Origin: an uncultured Syntrophomonadaceae bacterium
Lineage (GTDB): Bacteria > Bacillota > Dethiobacteria > SKNC01
Direction of reading: 5' to 3'
Assembly: GCA_964474145.1 (NCBI GenBank)
Contig: CAYYWR010000001.1
Coordinates: forward strand, 1-31,149
Length of the DNA: 31,149 bases
The position numbers and the translations under genes were made by a program. Below the pieces are notes generated by a model, which was not told the origin of the DNA, did not search any database, and saw only the letters and a program-made list of their open reading frames with translations. This document shows, one piece after another, positions 17,183 to 26,170 of this stretch. The stretch's first letter is position 1. Every line of letters starts with the position of its first letter.

Positions 17183-19330
17183 CTATCTGGAGAAAAACCT
17201 TTCTACCGTAAAAACATCTTTAACCTTTTTCAGCTTGGCAATTATATGCTGTAAATGCTCCAGGTCCCTTACTACAATAGTTAGATGTATAGTAGCAATA
17301 CCGTTTTTATCTGTTCTCCCGTTAACAGCCATGATGTTTATTTTGCTCTCAGAAATAGATGCCACAAGTTCTTGTAGCAGGTTTGTCCGGTCCATGGCAG
17401 TTACTTCCACCTCTACCGGGTAAGAAACTTTAGGGGTCTCTTCCCAGTATGCATGTAGCATTCTTTCCTGGCAGTGGGAAACATTAGGACAATTTTTTTG
17501 GTGAATGGAAACCCCCCGTCCTCTGGTAATAAAGCCTACTATCTTATCCCCCGGCAGGGGCTTACAACAGCGGGCAAACCTTATCAAAAGGTTATCCATC
17601 CCTTCTATTCTAACTCCCCTTTCACCCCTGGTCTCCCCTTTCCAGGTAGTTATCTGGGGTTTTTCAACTTCTTTTGTTTCTTTATGAGTTTTATTATGCT
17701 CTTCCTTAAGTTTGCCAACTATTTGCTGGGGGGTTACCCCTCCATAACCAACTGCCGAAAGCACGTCCTCTTCTGACAAAAGGTTAAACTTTTTACCCGC
17801 TTCTATTAGAACGCTTTCCTTTAATAATTCCTTGGGTCTAAGGCCTATCTTTTTAAGCTCTTTTTCCAGTATTTCTTTTCCTTTTAGAATATTCTCTTCT
17901 TTTCTTTCTTTTTTAAACCAGCTTCTTATTTTACTTTTTGCCTGGGAACTCTTTACCAGTTTCAGCCAGTCCCTGCTGGGAGTCCCCTGTTTGGAAGTGA
18001 TAATTTCTAATATGTCACCTGTCTTAAGATTATAGTCCAGGGGAACCAACCGCCCATTTACCTTGGCCCCTACACACTGGTTTCCTATATCAGTATGGAT
18101 GCGGTAAGCAAAATCCAGGGGAACAGAACCTGCCGGCAGATTTATTACATCTCCCTTGGGAGTAAACACAAAGACCTCATCGGTAAATAAATCAATTTTT
18201 AAGTTTTCCATAAATTCGTGAGCATCCTTCAAGTCCTGCTGCCATTCTAAGAGCTGCCTTAACCAGTATAGCTTTTCCTCAAACTCTTCATCTCCCCTGA
18301 CTCCCTCTTTATATCGCCAGTGGGCAGCAATACCGTATTCTGCGGTTCGGTGCATCTCCCAGGTCCTGATTTGAACCTCCAAAAGCTCATTTTTAGCACA
18401 CACTACCGTAGTATGCAAGGACTGATACATGTTTGGCTTGGGCATAGCTATATAATCTTTAAACCTTCCGGGAATAGGTTTCCAAAGAGTGTGTACAATT
18501 CCCAGCGCTCCGTAACAGTCTTTAATAGAGTCTACAAGTAACCTGATACCCGTGAGATCATAAATTTCGTTTATATCTTTTTGCTCAGAATTCATTTTTT
18601 CATATATGCCATAAAGATGCTTGGGTCTACCATCAATATCTGCTTCAATGTTTAATTCCTCCAGGCGGAACTGTAATTTTGATATTACCCTGGAAATAAA
18701 TTCTTCTCTTTCCATTCTCTTTTTAGCAAGCTTATCCACCAGGTCATAGTACTTGTCCGGCTCCATAAAACGGAAAGCCAGGTCTTCCAGTTCCCATTTT
18801 ATTTTGTATATGCCCAGCCGGTGAGCCAGGGGAGCATAAATCTCTATAGTTTCCCTGGCAATTTCTTTTCTTTTTACAGGGTTAAGATGTTTAAGAGTTC
18901 GCATATTGTGTAGGCGATCAGCCAGCTTGATAAGAATGACCCGGATATCTTTGGCCATAGCCACAAACATTTTCCTTAAATTCTCCGCCTGGTGCTCTTC
19001 CTTTGATTTGAATTCCAGCTTACTCAACTTGGTAACCCCATCAACAAGGAGACCTATCTCTTCCCCGAATTTTTCCTTTAATTCCTTCAGGGTCACCTCA
19101 CTATCTTCCACCACATCATGAAGAAGGCTAGCTGCTATGGTAACAGGGTCCAGTTCCAGATTTGCAGTGATCTGTGCTACACCCAGGGGATGAAGTATAT
19201 AAACATCTCCTGATACCCTTTTCTGTCCAGCATGAGCTTTTACCGCAAAATGGTAAGCCTCTTCAATGACGGACCAATTTCCTTCAGGACTGTAAGATTC
19301 AAATTTTTTTTTGAGAAGTTCCAGACTCAT
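17183..19330 (-). CDS. rel: Bifunctional (p)ppGpp synthetase/hydrolase (long RSH)
   Basis: HD hydrolase (LLHDVVED), KLADRLHNMRTL, GRPKHLYGI, YQSLHTT, EVQIRT, TGS domain (FTPKG...DFAYRIHT) and C-terminal ACT domain. Confidence 0.97.
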   Translation of the reverse strand: MSLELLKKKFESYSPEGNWSVIEEAYHFAVKAHAGQKRVSGDVYILHPLGVAQITANLELDPVTIAASLLHDVVEDSEVTLKELKEKFGEEIGLLVDGVTKLSKLEFKSKEEHQAENLRKMFVAMAKDIRVILIKLADRLHNMRTLKHLNPVKRKEIARETIEIYAPLAHRLGIYKIKWELEDLAFRFMEPDKYYDLVDKLAKKRMEREEFISRVISKLQFRLEELNIEADIDGRPKHLYGIYEKMNSEQKDINEIYDLTGIRLLVDSIKDCYGALGIVHTLWKPIPGRFKDYIAMPKPNMYQSLHTTVVCAKNELLEVQIRTWEMHRTAEYGIAAHWRYKEGVRGDEEFEEKLYWLRQLLEWQQDLKDAHEFMENLKIDLFTDEVFVFTPKGDVINLPAGSVPLDFAYRIHTDIGNQCVGAKVNGRLVPLDYNLKTGDILEIITSKQGTPSRDWLKLVKSSQAKSKIRSWFKKERKEENILKGKEILEKELKKIGLRPKELLKESVLIEAGKKFNLLSEEDVLSAVGYGGVTPQQIVGKLKEEHNKTHKETKEVEKPQITTWKGETRGERGVRIEGMDNLLIRFARCCKPLPGDKIVGFITRGRGVSIHQKNCPNVSHCQERMLHAYWEETPKVSYPVEVEVTAMDRTNLLQELVASISESKINIMAVNGRTDKNGIATIHLTIVVRDLEHLQHIIAKLKKVKDVFTVERFFSR

Positions 19331-21778
19331 TTAACCACCCTCTTTGGCAATGCGATCTTTCAACAAGTTAACATCTCTTTCATTATCCATTAATAATGAT
19401 ACCAGTAGTTCCCTATCCGCCTCCAGAAGAAATTTTTGAAAACCTTCAATCTCCTTTTTCAAGCAATTGGCCTCCATAAATAGCTTTGAGTTATCCAAAC
19501 TCCTTACTTCCCGGGAAGATACAAGCTCTACTGTTCCCGTTTCCTCCGGCAGTAGCCTGACCACGTTTATTTCCCGAAATATATCCAGGCTGCGTTTAAA
19601 AAGATGCTGGGTATAGGAAAAGCCCTGGCATTTTTCTAAATAATCACACAATTTTTCTATATTTACCTTTCCTTTTGCTTCCATCTTTTTCATGGCCTTA
19701 TATATTTTTACAAGAGAGCTTCGTTGGGGTAAAAAAGCCTGCATAAAAACCTTATTGGCTTTAAAGTCTTCCAGACCGAAAAGAAGGTGAATATTAATAT
19801 CCTGGTTACTTTCAGTAAATTTTCTCATAACCGGAAATAATTTACTGGCTTCCAGAGGTAAATCAAAAATCACTAAATGTTCAATGTTTCCTAAAATATC
19901 TTCATCTATACTTCCCTGGTGGCAGTAAAAAAAATTAGAGTCCTTGCCCAAGATTTTAGATATTTTTTCTATCTGACTACGGGTATTTATATAAGCCAGG
20001 GTTTTGCCTGTTTTTATTAAATAGGTAAGGTAACTCTCTTTTTGGGCTAAGCCCCGGCGGTCAATTAGATTTATACTACCACTATGAATACAATCGGTAA
20101 AGTAAAAGTATTTAAGCTGAAGCACGGGATTTCTGCGTTCTCCCCAGGTATTATCCTCCAAAACAAAAGCTGCAGATAATTTTCTGTATGCCAGGGAAGT
20201 TTTTATATTATCCACATTAAAGGCAATTCCTTCCAGCATGTGCTCTTTGCTCTTAAACTTTATTTTAAGATGATTTTTCTGCTTTCCTACAAAGTTAAAA
20301 TATTCTATCTCTAAATCTTTTCCTTTAAAGACAGGAACAGGGTTTCCAAACCCAAAGGGATCAAGAAGCTTTAATTCGTCTAAAAAATCCAGGGTTACAT
20401 CAGCCGGGTCTAGCTCTGCCTCCAGGTATAGCCTGGGTGTCATAATAGAGGGAGTGAGCTTATTTTGGGCAACAAAATTTATTTGCCTGTTAAACTCTTC
20501 TATATTATCCCTGGAAAGGGTTAAGCCGGCAGCCCGTTCATGTCCCCCGTACCTGGCTAAAACTCCCGAACACTGATGCAGAGCACTAAAAAGGTTAAAG
20601 CCTTCTATCCCCCTGGCAGAACCCTTTCCCTCCTCCCCCTGGAGAGAAATCAAAACTACAGGCCGGTAGTAAGCTTCCACCAGGCGAGAAGCTACAATAC
20701 CTGTTACCCCAGGATGCCACCCATCCCTGGCCAGGACCAGCACCTTTTTCTGATGCATTTCCTTCTCTTCTATCTCCTGAACAGCTTCCTTTAGAATACT
20801 GCCTTCAATTTCCTGTCGTTCCCGGTTATATTCATCCAGCTTTTTGGCAATAACTAGAGCCCGGGAAATAGATTCAGTTAATAGCAGCTCCACAGCCAGC
20901 CCTGCTTCACCCATTCTTCCTGCGGCATTTAATCGGGGAACCAGGGAGTAGGGCACCTGGGAGGAGGACACCTCTTTATCACCAAAGCCACTCACCTCTT
21001 TAAGAGCCAGTATTCCCGGACGTGGCAAATTATTTATCCTCTTCATCCCGTATTTTACTATAATTCTATTCTCCTCCATGAGGGGAACGACATCGGCAAT
21101 AGTCCCCAGTGCTGCCAGGTCCAGATAGTTTTTAAATTTTTCTTCCGGTAAAAGCAGTTGTGCCAGTTTAAAGACAACCCCTACCCCTGCTAACTTGTCC
21201 CAGGGATAATTGCAGTGGGGCTGCACAGGATTCACAGTAATACACCGGGGTAATACATCCAGGGGAGTATGATGGTCAGTAACAATAACCTCCATACCCT
21301 TTTCCTTAGCATACTCAACTTCTTCCAGGGAAGATATTCCACAGTCTACAGTAATAAGAAGGTCCGTTCCTTCTTCCCTTATTTTATCCAGAGCCTGAAA
21401 ATTCAGCCCATACCCTTCATTAAAACGATTGGGTATATAATAAGAAACCTCTCCCCCCAGCTCCCGGAAAAGAGACACCAGTATAGCTGTCCCCGTTATA
21501 CCGTCAACATCATAATCGCCATATACTGTAATCTTTTTATTATCCTGTAACGCCTGTTTAATTTTCTCCCCGGCAGAAACCATGCCTTTCATATTTTCTG
21601 GAGGGTTTAGATCATCTAAGCCTGAAAAAAAATATTTCCTTCCTTCCTCCTGGCTCTTTATACCCCGATTAATAAGGAGTTGGGCTGTAATCTTCTTAAT
21701 ACCCAGCCCGGCACTTAGTTTTTCTCTTAAGTCGAAATCTACATTACTAACCTTCCATTTATACTCCCGAAACCCCAC
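19331..21778 (-). CDS. recJ: ssDNA-specific exonuclease RecJ with Firmicute C-terminal extension
   Basis: YGDYDVDG, TVDCG, TDHH, LAALGTIADVVPL, PRLNAAGR, GKGSAR, GGHERAAG and PFGFGNPVP motifs. Confidence 0.95.
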   Translation of the reverse strand: MGFREYKWKVSNVDFDLREKLSAGLGIKKITAQLLINRGIKSQEEGRKYFFSGLDDLNPPENMKGMVSAGEKIKQALQDNKKITVYGDYDVDGITGTAILVSLFRELGGEVSYYIPNRFNEGYGLNFQALDKIREEGTDLLITVDCGISSLEEVEYAKEKGMEVIVTDHHTPLDVLPRCITVNPVQPHCNYPWDKLAGVGVVFKLAQLLLPEEKFKNYLDLAALGTIADVVPLMEENRIIVKYGMKRINNLPRPGILALKEVSGFGDKEVSSSQVPYSLVPRLNAAGRMGEAGLAVELLLTESISRALVIAKKLDEYNRERQEIEGSILKEAVQEIEEKEMHQKKVLVLARDGWHPGVTGIVASRLVEAYYRPVVLISLQGEEGKGSARGIEGFNLFSALHQCSGVLARYGGHERAAGLTLSRDNIEEFNRQINFVAQNKLTPSIMTPRLYLEAELDPADVTLDFLDELKLLDPFGFGNPVPVFKGKDLEIEYFNFVGKQKNHLKIKFKSKEHMLEGIAFNVDNIKTSLAYRKLSAAFVLEDNTWGERRNPVLQLKYFYFTDCIHSGSINLIDRRGLAQKESYLTYLIKTGKTLAYINTRSQIEKISKILGKDSNFFYCHQGSIDEDILGNIEHLVIFDLPLEASKLFPVMRKFTESNQDINIHLLFGLEDFKANKVFMQAFLPQRSSLVKIYKAMKKMEAKGKVNIEKLCDYLEKCQGFSYTQHLFKRSLDIFREINVVRLLPEETGTVELVSSREVRSLDNSKLFMEANCLKKEIEGFQKFLLEADRELLVSLLMDNERDVNLLKDRIAKEGG

Positions 21779-21819
21779 CTGGATTCCCCCATTCTCCCAA
21801 AAAACAATTAAACATAATA

Positions 21820-22188
21820 CTACTCCGGATTATCTTGAGGGTCAGCCATCTCATTAGTTTCACCATAGAGAAGCTTTTCCATTTCACTGACCTGTCCCAT
21901 TAATTCAGTTTCCCTTTCCTTAAGATATTCTAGCTGCTCCTCCATCCGCTTTAACTTACTGCCATGTTCCCTGAAACGCAATCCTGATTTTATCCGTCCT
22001 ACCAGACTAAAAATGCCTACAATAAGAGCTCCAGAAAGCGCAGAAACCAAAATAACTATCACTACAGACACAGGTGCTGAACCAAAAAGGTAGTTAATCT
22101 CTACAATCTCATTATTTAAGATGGCGAATAGAGCAACAAGTATACTAATTAAAAGAGATAAAATTACACCAATTTGCATAAACTCCAC
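21820..22188 (-). CDS. LapA/DUF1049-family membrane protein (YrvD-like)
   Basis: Two TM helices (LFAILNNEIVEINYLFG) plus a C-terminal coiled coil; position upstream of recJ as for B. subtilis yrvD. Confidence 0.75.
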   Translation of the reverse strand: MEFMQIGVILSLLISILVALFAILNNEIVEINYLFGSAPVSVVIVILVSALSGALIVGIFSLVGRIKSGLRFREHGSKLKRMEEQLEYLKERETELMGQVSEMEKLLYGETNEMADPQDNPE

Positions 22189-22218
22189 TCCCTTTCTATA
22201 GCTGCCAGTATCCAGGGT

Positions 22219-23130
22219 TTACCCTTTTATTACTACCTCACAGGGGTTAACATGAACTATAACCTCCAGGACATCATCCCTGCTTTCCATAAGCCTTTCC
22301 TTAACCTCTTTGGTAATCTCATGACCTTCTTTAACCGTCAGGTCGCAGTTTACCCCAATGCGCAAGTCAACTAGAATATAGGGCCCGGCAAAACGAGCTC
22401 TAACATCATGGACTTCTTCAACCCCAATAACAGAATATACCTTCTCTTTAATATCCTCCAGGGTTTCACTGTTAGCTGATGCATCCATCAGTTCATATGT
22501 CGCCTCTCCAGCAATACCCAAACCCAGCTTAACGATAAGAATAGAAACAACAATACCGGCCAGGGGGTCCATATATAGAAACTGTGAATAACCCAGCCAA
22601 TCCCCCATCCTGGCTCCACCGATACCAATCAAGGCAGCCAGGGATGAAAAAACATCACTGCGGTGTTCCCACGCACTGGCCAATAAAACTTTACAGTCTG
22701 TTTTTTTACCCAAATAATAAGTATACCTGAAAGTGATCTCCTTAATTAAAATAGAGATTGCCGCTGCCCACAAAGCAAGACCTCCCGGAGCAACTTCTAT
22801 TCCCCTGTAAATAGAGCCCAGTGAAGATAATCCTATATTTAATCCTGCAAAGATAATAACCAGGGCAATAATTTTAGAAGCTATAGTTTCAGCTTTTCCA
22901 TGCCCATAAGGGTGCTCTTTATCTGCCGGCTTTTTACCTACTTTCATTCCTACTATAACCGCAGCAGAAACAAAAATATCCGCTCCAGAGTGAAAAGCAT
23001 CAGCCAGCATAGCTTGACTTTTAGCCAGGTAACCGGCTGAACCTTTAATGACAACCAAAAGAATATTAATAATTATACCCAGGCTGGCACCCAGCAGTCC
23101 TGTCTTATAGCGTTCATACACCCTGTTCAC
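22219..23130 (-). CDS. Cation diffusion facilitator (FieF-like) metal exporter
   Basis: SQAMLADAFHSGAD, PADKEHPYGHGKAE, WEHRSD and a C-terminal domain with HDVRAR...EGHEI...VIVHVNP. Confidence 0.93.
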   Translation of the reverse strand: MNRVYERYKTGLLGASLGIIINILLVVIKGSAGYLAKSQAMLADAFHSGADIFVSAAVIVGMKVGKKPADKEHPYGHGKAETIASKIIALVIIFAGLNIGLSSLGSIYRGIEVAPGGLALWAAAISILIKEITFRYTYYLGKKTDCKVLLASAWEHRSDVFSSLAALIGIGGARMGDWLGYSQFLYMDPLAGIVVSILIVKLGLGIAGEATYELMDASANSETLEDIKEKVYSVIGVEEVHDVRARFAGPYILVDLRIGVNCDLTVKEGHEITKEVKERLMESRDDVLEVIVHVNPCEVVIKG

Positions 23131-23174
23131 CTCAAGCGATAGTATAGTAGAGGATATATTTACCTTCAGACACC

Positions 23175-23227
23175 CTCATTATATCATATTAATAATTGCA
23201 AAAACAGTGTCGAAAAAACTCATTATA
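23175..23227 (-). promoter_or_regulatory. Tandem -10-like elements upstream of the CDF gene
   Basis: TATAATGAG occurs twice, 44 bp apart (23227-23219 and 23183-23175); the proximal copy has a TGn extension; no good -35. Confidence 0.35.
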
Positions 23228-23291
23228 ATTGTAGTAAAATCGGTAACTATTCAGTAAACTGAGGAAACGCTAAGCCATATAATCATAAACT

Positions 23292-24203
23292 TTAAACTTC
23301 TTTAGTCTTTCTCCTTTTACTCTGCTCCCAATCCTTCCAGGTTACCCAAAGGGGACTGGCTACAAATAATGAGGAGTAAGTTCCGCTTATAACCCCAACC
23401 AGTAATGCTGCAATAAAGGGCCGGAGGGGAATGCCTCCGAAAATGTATAGAGCTGAAAGAACAAGAAGAGTGGTAACGGAGGTATTAATTGACCTTACTA
23501 TAGTCTGGTTAATACTATGATTTACAATATCCCGATAGCCATACTTCTTCATTCCTTTTAAGTTTTCCCTTATGCGATCGAAAACTACAATGGTATCGTT
23601 AATTGAGTAACCAAATATTGTCAGTATCGCCGCTACAAAAGGGCTATTTATCTCTATTCTAAAAAGAGAAAATACGGCAAGGAGTATTATCAGGTCATGG
23701 ACTAAAGCCCCAATAGCTGATATGGCAAACTTGAATTCAAACCTTATGGTAATATAGGCAATCATTCCTAGGGTAGCGATAATAAGGGCCCAAAAAGCAC
23801 TCCGGGTAAGCTCTTCCCCTATAACCGCCCCCACGTTATCCACCTTAATAATATCATTATCGGTAATGTTCCATCTTTCCTGGAAAGCACCTATTATTTC
23901 CTGTCGCTCCTCCTCCTTTAGAGAAACGGTTCTAATAATAACTTCGTCCTTTTCACCCCGGGCAAAGCCATCGTCTCCCACGCTCTGGATAAAGCTGCCC
24001 TCCAGGCCTGACTCTATTAGAATCTCCCTTACTTCAGACTCTTCAAAGGTTTCTCCCAGCCTTAAATGTAAAACTGTTCCCCCTGTAAAGTCAATTCCCA
24101 GGTTAAGTCCATTTATAGCCAGAGAAATAACACCAATTACTATAATCAAAAGGGACAGTATAGCAGCATGTTTCCGGTAGTTAATTATCTGTAACTTTAG
24201 CAT
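23292..24203 (-). CDS. secF: Protein translocase subunit SecF
   Basis: GLNLGIDFTGG, VGAVIGEEL, HDLII, FGYSINDTIVVFDRIRENL, RSINTS and GTYSSLFVA motifs. Start reassigned to ATG 24203 (AGGGGG RBS); 23-nt overlap with the secD end. Confidence 0.95.
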   Translation of the reverse strand: MLKLQIINYRKHAAILSLLIIVIGVISLAINGLNLGIDFTGGTVLHLRLGETFEESEVREILIESGLEGSFIQSVGDDGFARGEKDEVIIRTVSLKEEERQEIIGAFQERWNITDNDIIKVDNVGAVIGEELTRSAFWALIIATLGMIAYITIRFEFKFAISAIGALVHDLIILLAVFSLFRIEINSPFVAAILTIFGYSINDTIVVFDRIRENLKGMKKYGYRDIVNHSINQTIVRSINTSVTTLLVLSALYIFGGIPLRPFIAALLVGVISGTYSSLFVASPLWVTWKDWEQSKRRKTKEV

Positions 24204-25449
24204 CTTCAAACCCCCTGACCCCAAAAAGCTTTGGATTGTTAATAATGTTTGCTCCAATTAAATAGCGGAGTAGATATCTGGTAAGAACAATAGCTGTAAA
24301 CATGCTGGTTAAAATACCTACACTTAAGGTTACGGCAAAACCCCTGATGGGACCTGTTCCAAAATAGATAAGAACGAAGGCAGCTATTAAAGTGGTAATA
24401 TTAGCATCCAAAATAGTACTTAAAGCATTTCTAAAAGCTGCCTCTAATGCAGAACGCAAAGTTTTCCCGCTCCGGAATTCCTCTTTAAGTCTTTCAAATA
24501 TAATAACATTAGCATCAACAGCCATACCAATAGATAGGATTAGCCCGGCAATACCCGGCAAAGTCAAAGTAGCGTTTATAGCTGTAAGCACGGACATTAC
24601 CAGAATCACATAAATGCCCAGGGCAAAGCTGGCCACAGCACCAATAACCCTGTAAATCACCAGCATAAATAAAAACAACAGGGATAAACCAATTATTCCT
24701 GCAGTCATGCTTCTGTCCCTGGAATCAGCACCTAGAGTAGGTCCTATAGTCCTGGTTTCCAATTCCACCAGCTCTACAGGCAGGGCTCCAGACCTGAGAA
24801 TCAAGGCCAGGTCGTTGGCTTCTTCAGCAGTAAAATTGCCCCTTATAATGGCATTGCCATCGGGTATAACATCTTCAACCACAGGGGAAGAAACCATTTC
24901 ACCATCTAAATAAATAGATATAGGCTGCCCCAGTAAATTCCGGGTTGCGTCTTCAAATTTTTGAGTGCCCTCCCGGTCAAACTCAATGGTCACCACCGGA
25001 TTCCCATGGGGACCATAGTCATATCCTGCCCCCTGTAAATTTGCTCCTGTCAGGAGCACCTCCCCTTCCGGGTCTTCAAAAGTAAGAAGGGCTGTCCGGC
25101 CTATAACCTCCATGGCCCGGGCCGGATCATCAATATCGGGGAGTTCTACTCTTATTCGGTTATCCCCTTCCCTTTGAATCAAGGGTTCCGTTACCCCAAA
25201 CTCATCTACCCGGTTCCGGATAATAGTTATGGCCCTTCCTATAGCATCTTCCCCTGGCTTTTCTTCTGTTTCCCGGGCCTCCAGTAGAACGTAAACTCCC
25301 CCTACCAGGTCCAGGCCAAGATTAAGTTCAGATTCAATTTGACCATAAGCAAGCCAGGAAAAGCCAGACAGCAATACTATAAGGCCTAAAAAAAACACCA
25401 GTGATTTTCTTTTCAGGCTGGACCTGCCTTTTCTCTCTTTAGTTTTCAC
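24181..25449 (-). CDS. secD: Protein translocase subunit SecD
   Basis: LNLGLDLVGG, RNRVDEFGVTEP, LRSGALPV, IGPTLG, TLTLPGIAGLILSIGMAVDANVIIFER and ILDANITT motifs. Confidence 0.96.
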   Translation of the reverse strand: MKTKERKGRSSLKRKSLVFFLGLIVLLSGFSWLAYGQIESELNLGLDLVGGVYVLLEARETEEKPGEDAIGRAITIIRNRVDEFGVTEPLIQREGDNRIRVELPDIDDPARAMEVIGRTALLTFEDPEGEVLLTGANLQGAGYDYGPHGNPVVTIEFDREGTQKFEDATRNLLGQPISIYLDGEMVSSPVVEDVIPDGNAIIRGNFTAEEANDLALILRSGALPVELVELETRTIGPTLGADSRDRSMTAGIIGLSLLFLFMLVIYRVIGAVASFALGIYVILVMSVLTAINATLTLPGIAGLILSIGMAVDANVIIFERLKEEFRSGKTLRSALEAAFRNALSTILDANITTLIAAFVLIYFGTGPIRGFAVTLSVGILTSMFTAIVLTRYLLRYLIGANIINNPKLFGVRGFEDAKVTDN

Positions 25450-25481
25450 CTTTTATTCCCCCTTTTTCTCTTATTGTTAAA

Positions 25482-26156
25482 TTAAAGAAGCCTGGTATCG
25501 TTAATTACTAGAGAAAATTTTGCATCTAAAAAAGCTGCCGCTCTCCTGCACATTATCATTCTGGAAAGAAATATTTCAAAATATTCCATTACCTGGCTTA
25601 TCATGGAGTCAATTATAAGCTCTAAAGTAATAACCCCCTCCTCCTTTTCTATCCGTAAAAACGACCTTTTCACAGCATAATTAACCCGGTCATGGATATC
25701 AAAGGAGGCATAATCCCTATTCCGTACCCGGGAACGATGCACATCAGACTTATCTGCCAGGATTAATGCTGCGGAAACGGGATTTACTACCCGCCCCTCC
25801 CGTTCGTCATGGTTCCCAATAGCCGACACTATATCTGCTATTTCGCCATAAGGCATGCCCATCCTTTCTAAAGCCCCCATAGCAATATTAGCTCCCGTTT
25901 GGGCATGTCCGTAACGGCTTATCACATTTCCAATATCATGAAGATAGCCGGCTATAGCCGCCAGCTCAGCTTCCCTTCCGGAATAACCCAGTCGGGAAAG
26001 TATATTATAGGCTATTTTTGCTACCAGGTTTGAGTGGCGAAAGCTGTGTTCAGTAAAACCCATGGATCCCAAATGTTCATCAGCTTTTTGAATATATATG
26101 CTTATCTGGAGATCTCTTTTTATATCATCCAAAGTCACCGCTTTTATATCCGGCAT
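25482..26156 (-). CDS. HD-domain phosphohydrolase (COG3294-like), substrate unknown
   Basis: GFTEHSFRH...YLHDIGN...GNHDE...ILADKSD metal-binding pattern. Confidence 0.85.
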   Translation of the reverse strand: MPDIKAVTLDDIKRDLQISIYIQKADEHLGSMGFTEHSFRHSNLVAKIAYNILSRLGYSGREAELAAIAGYLHDIGNVISRYGHAQTGANIAMGALERMGMPYGEIADIVSAIGNHDEREGRVVNPVSAALILADKSDVHRSRVRNRDYASFDIHDRVNYAVKRSFLRIEKEEGVITLELIIDSMISQVMEYFEIFLSRMIMCRRAAAFLDAKFSLVINDTRLL

Positions 26157-26170
26157 GAGTTCCTCCTTTT

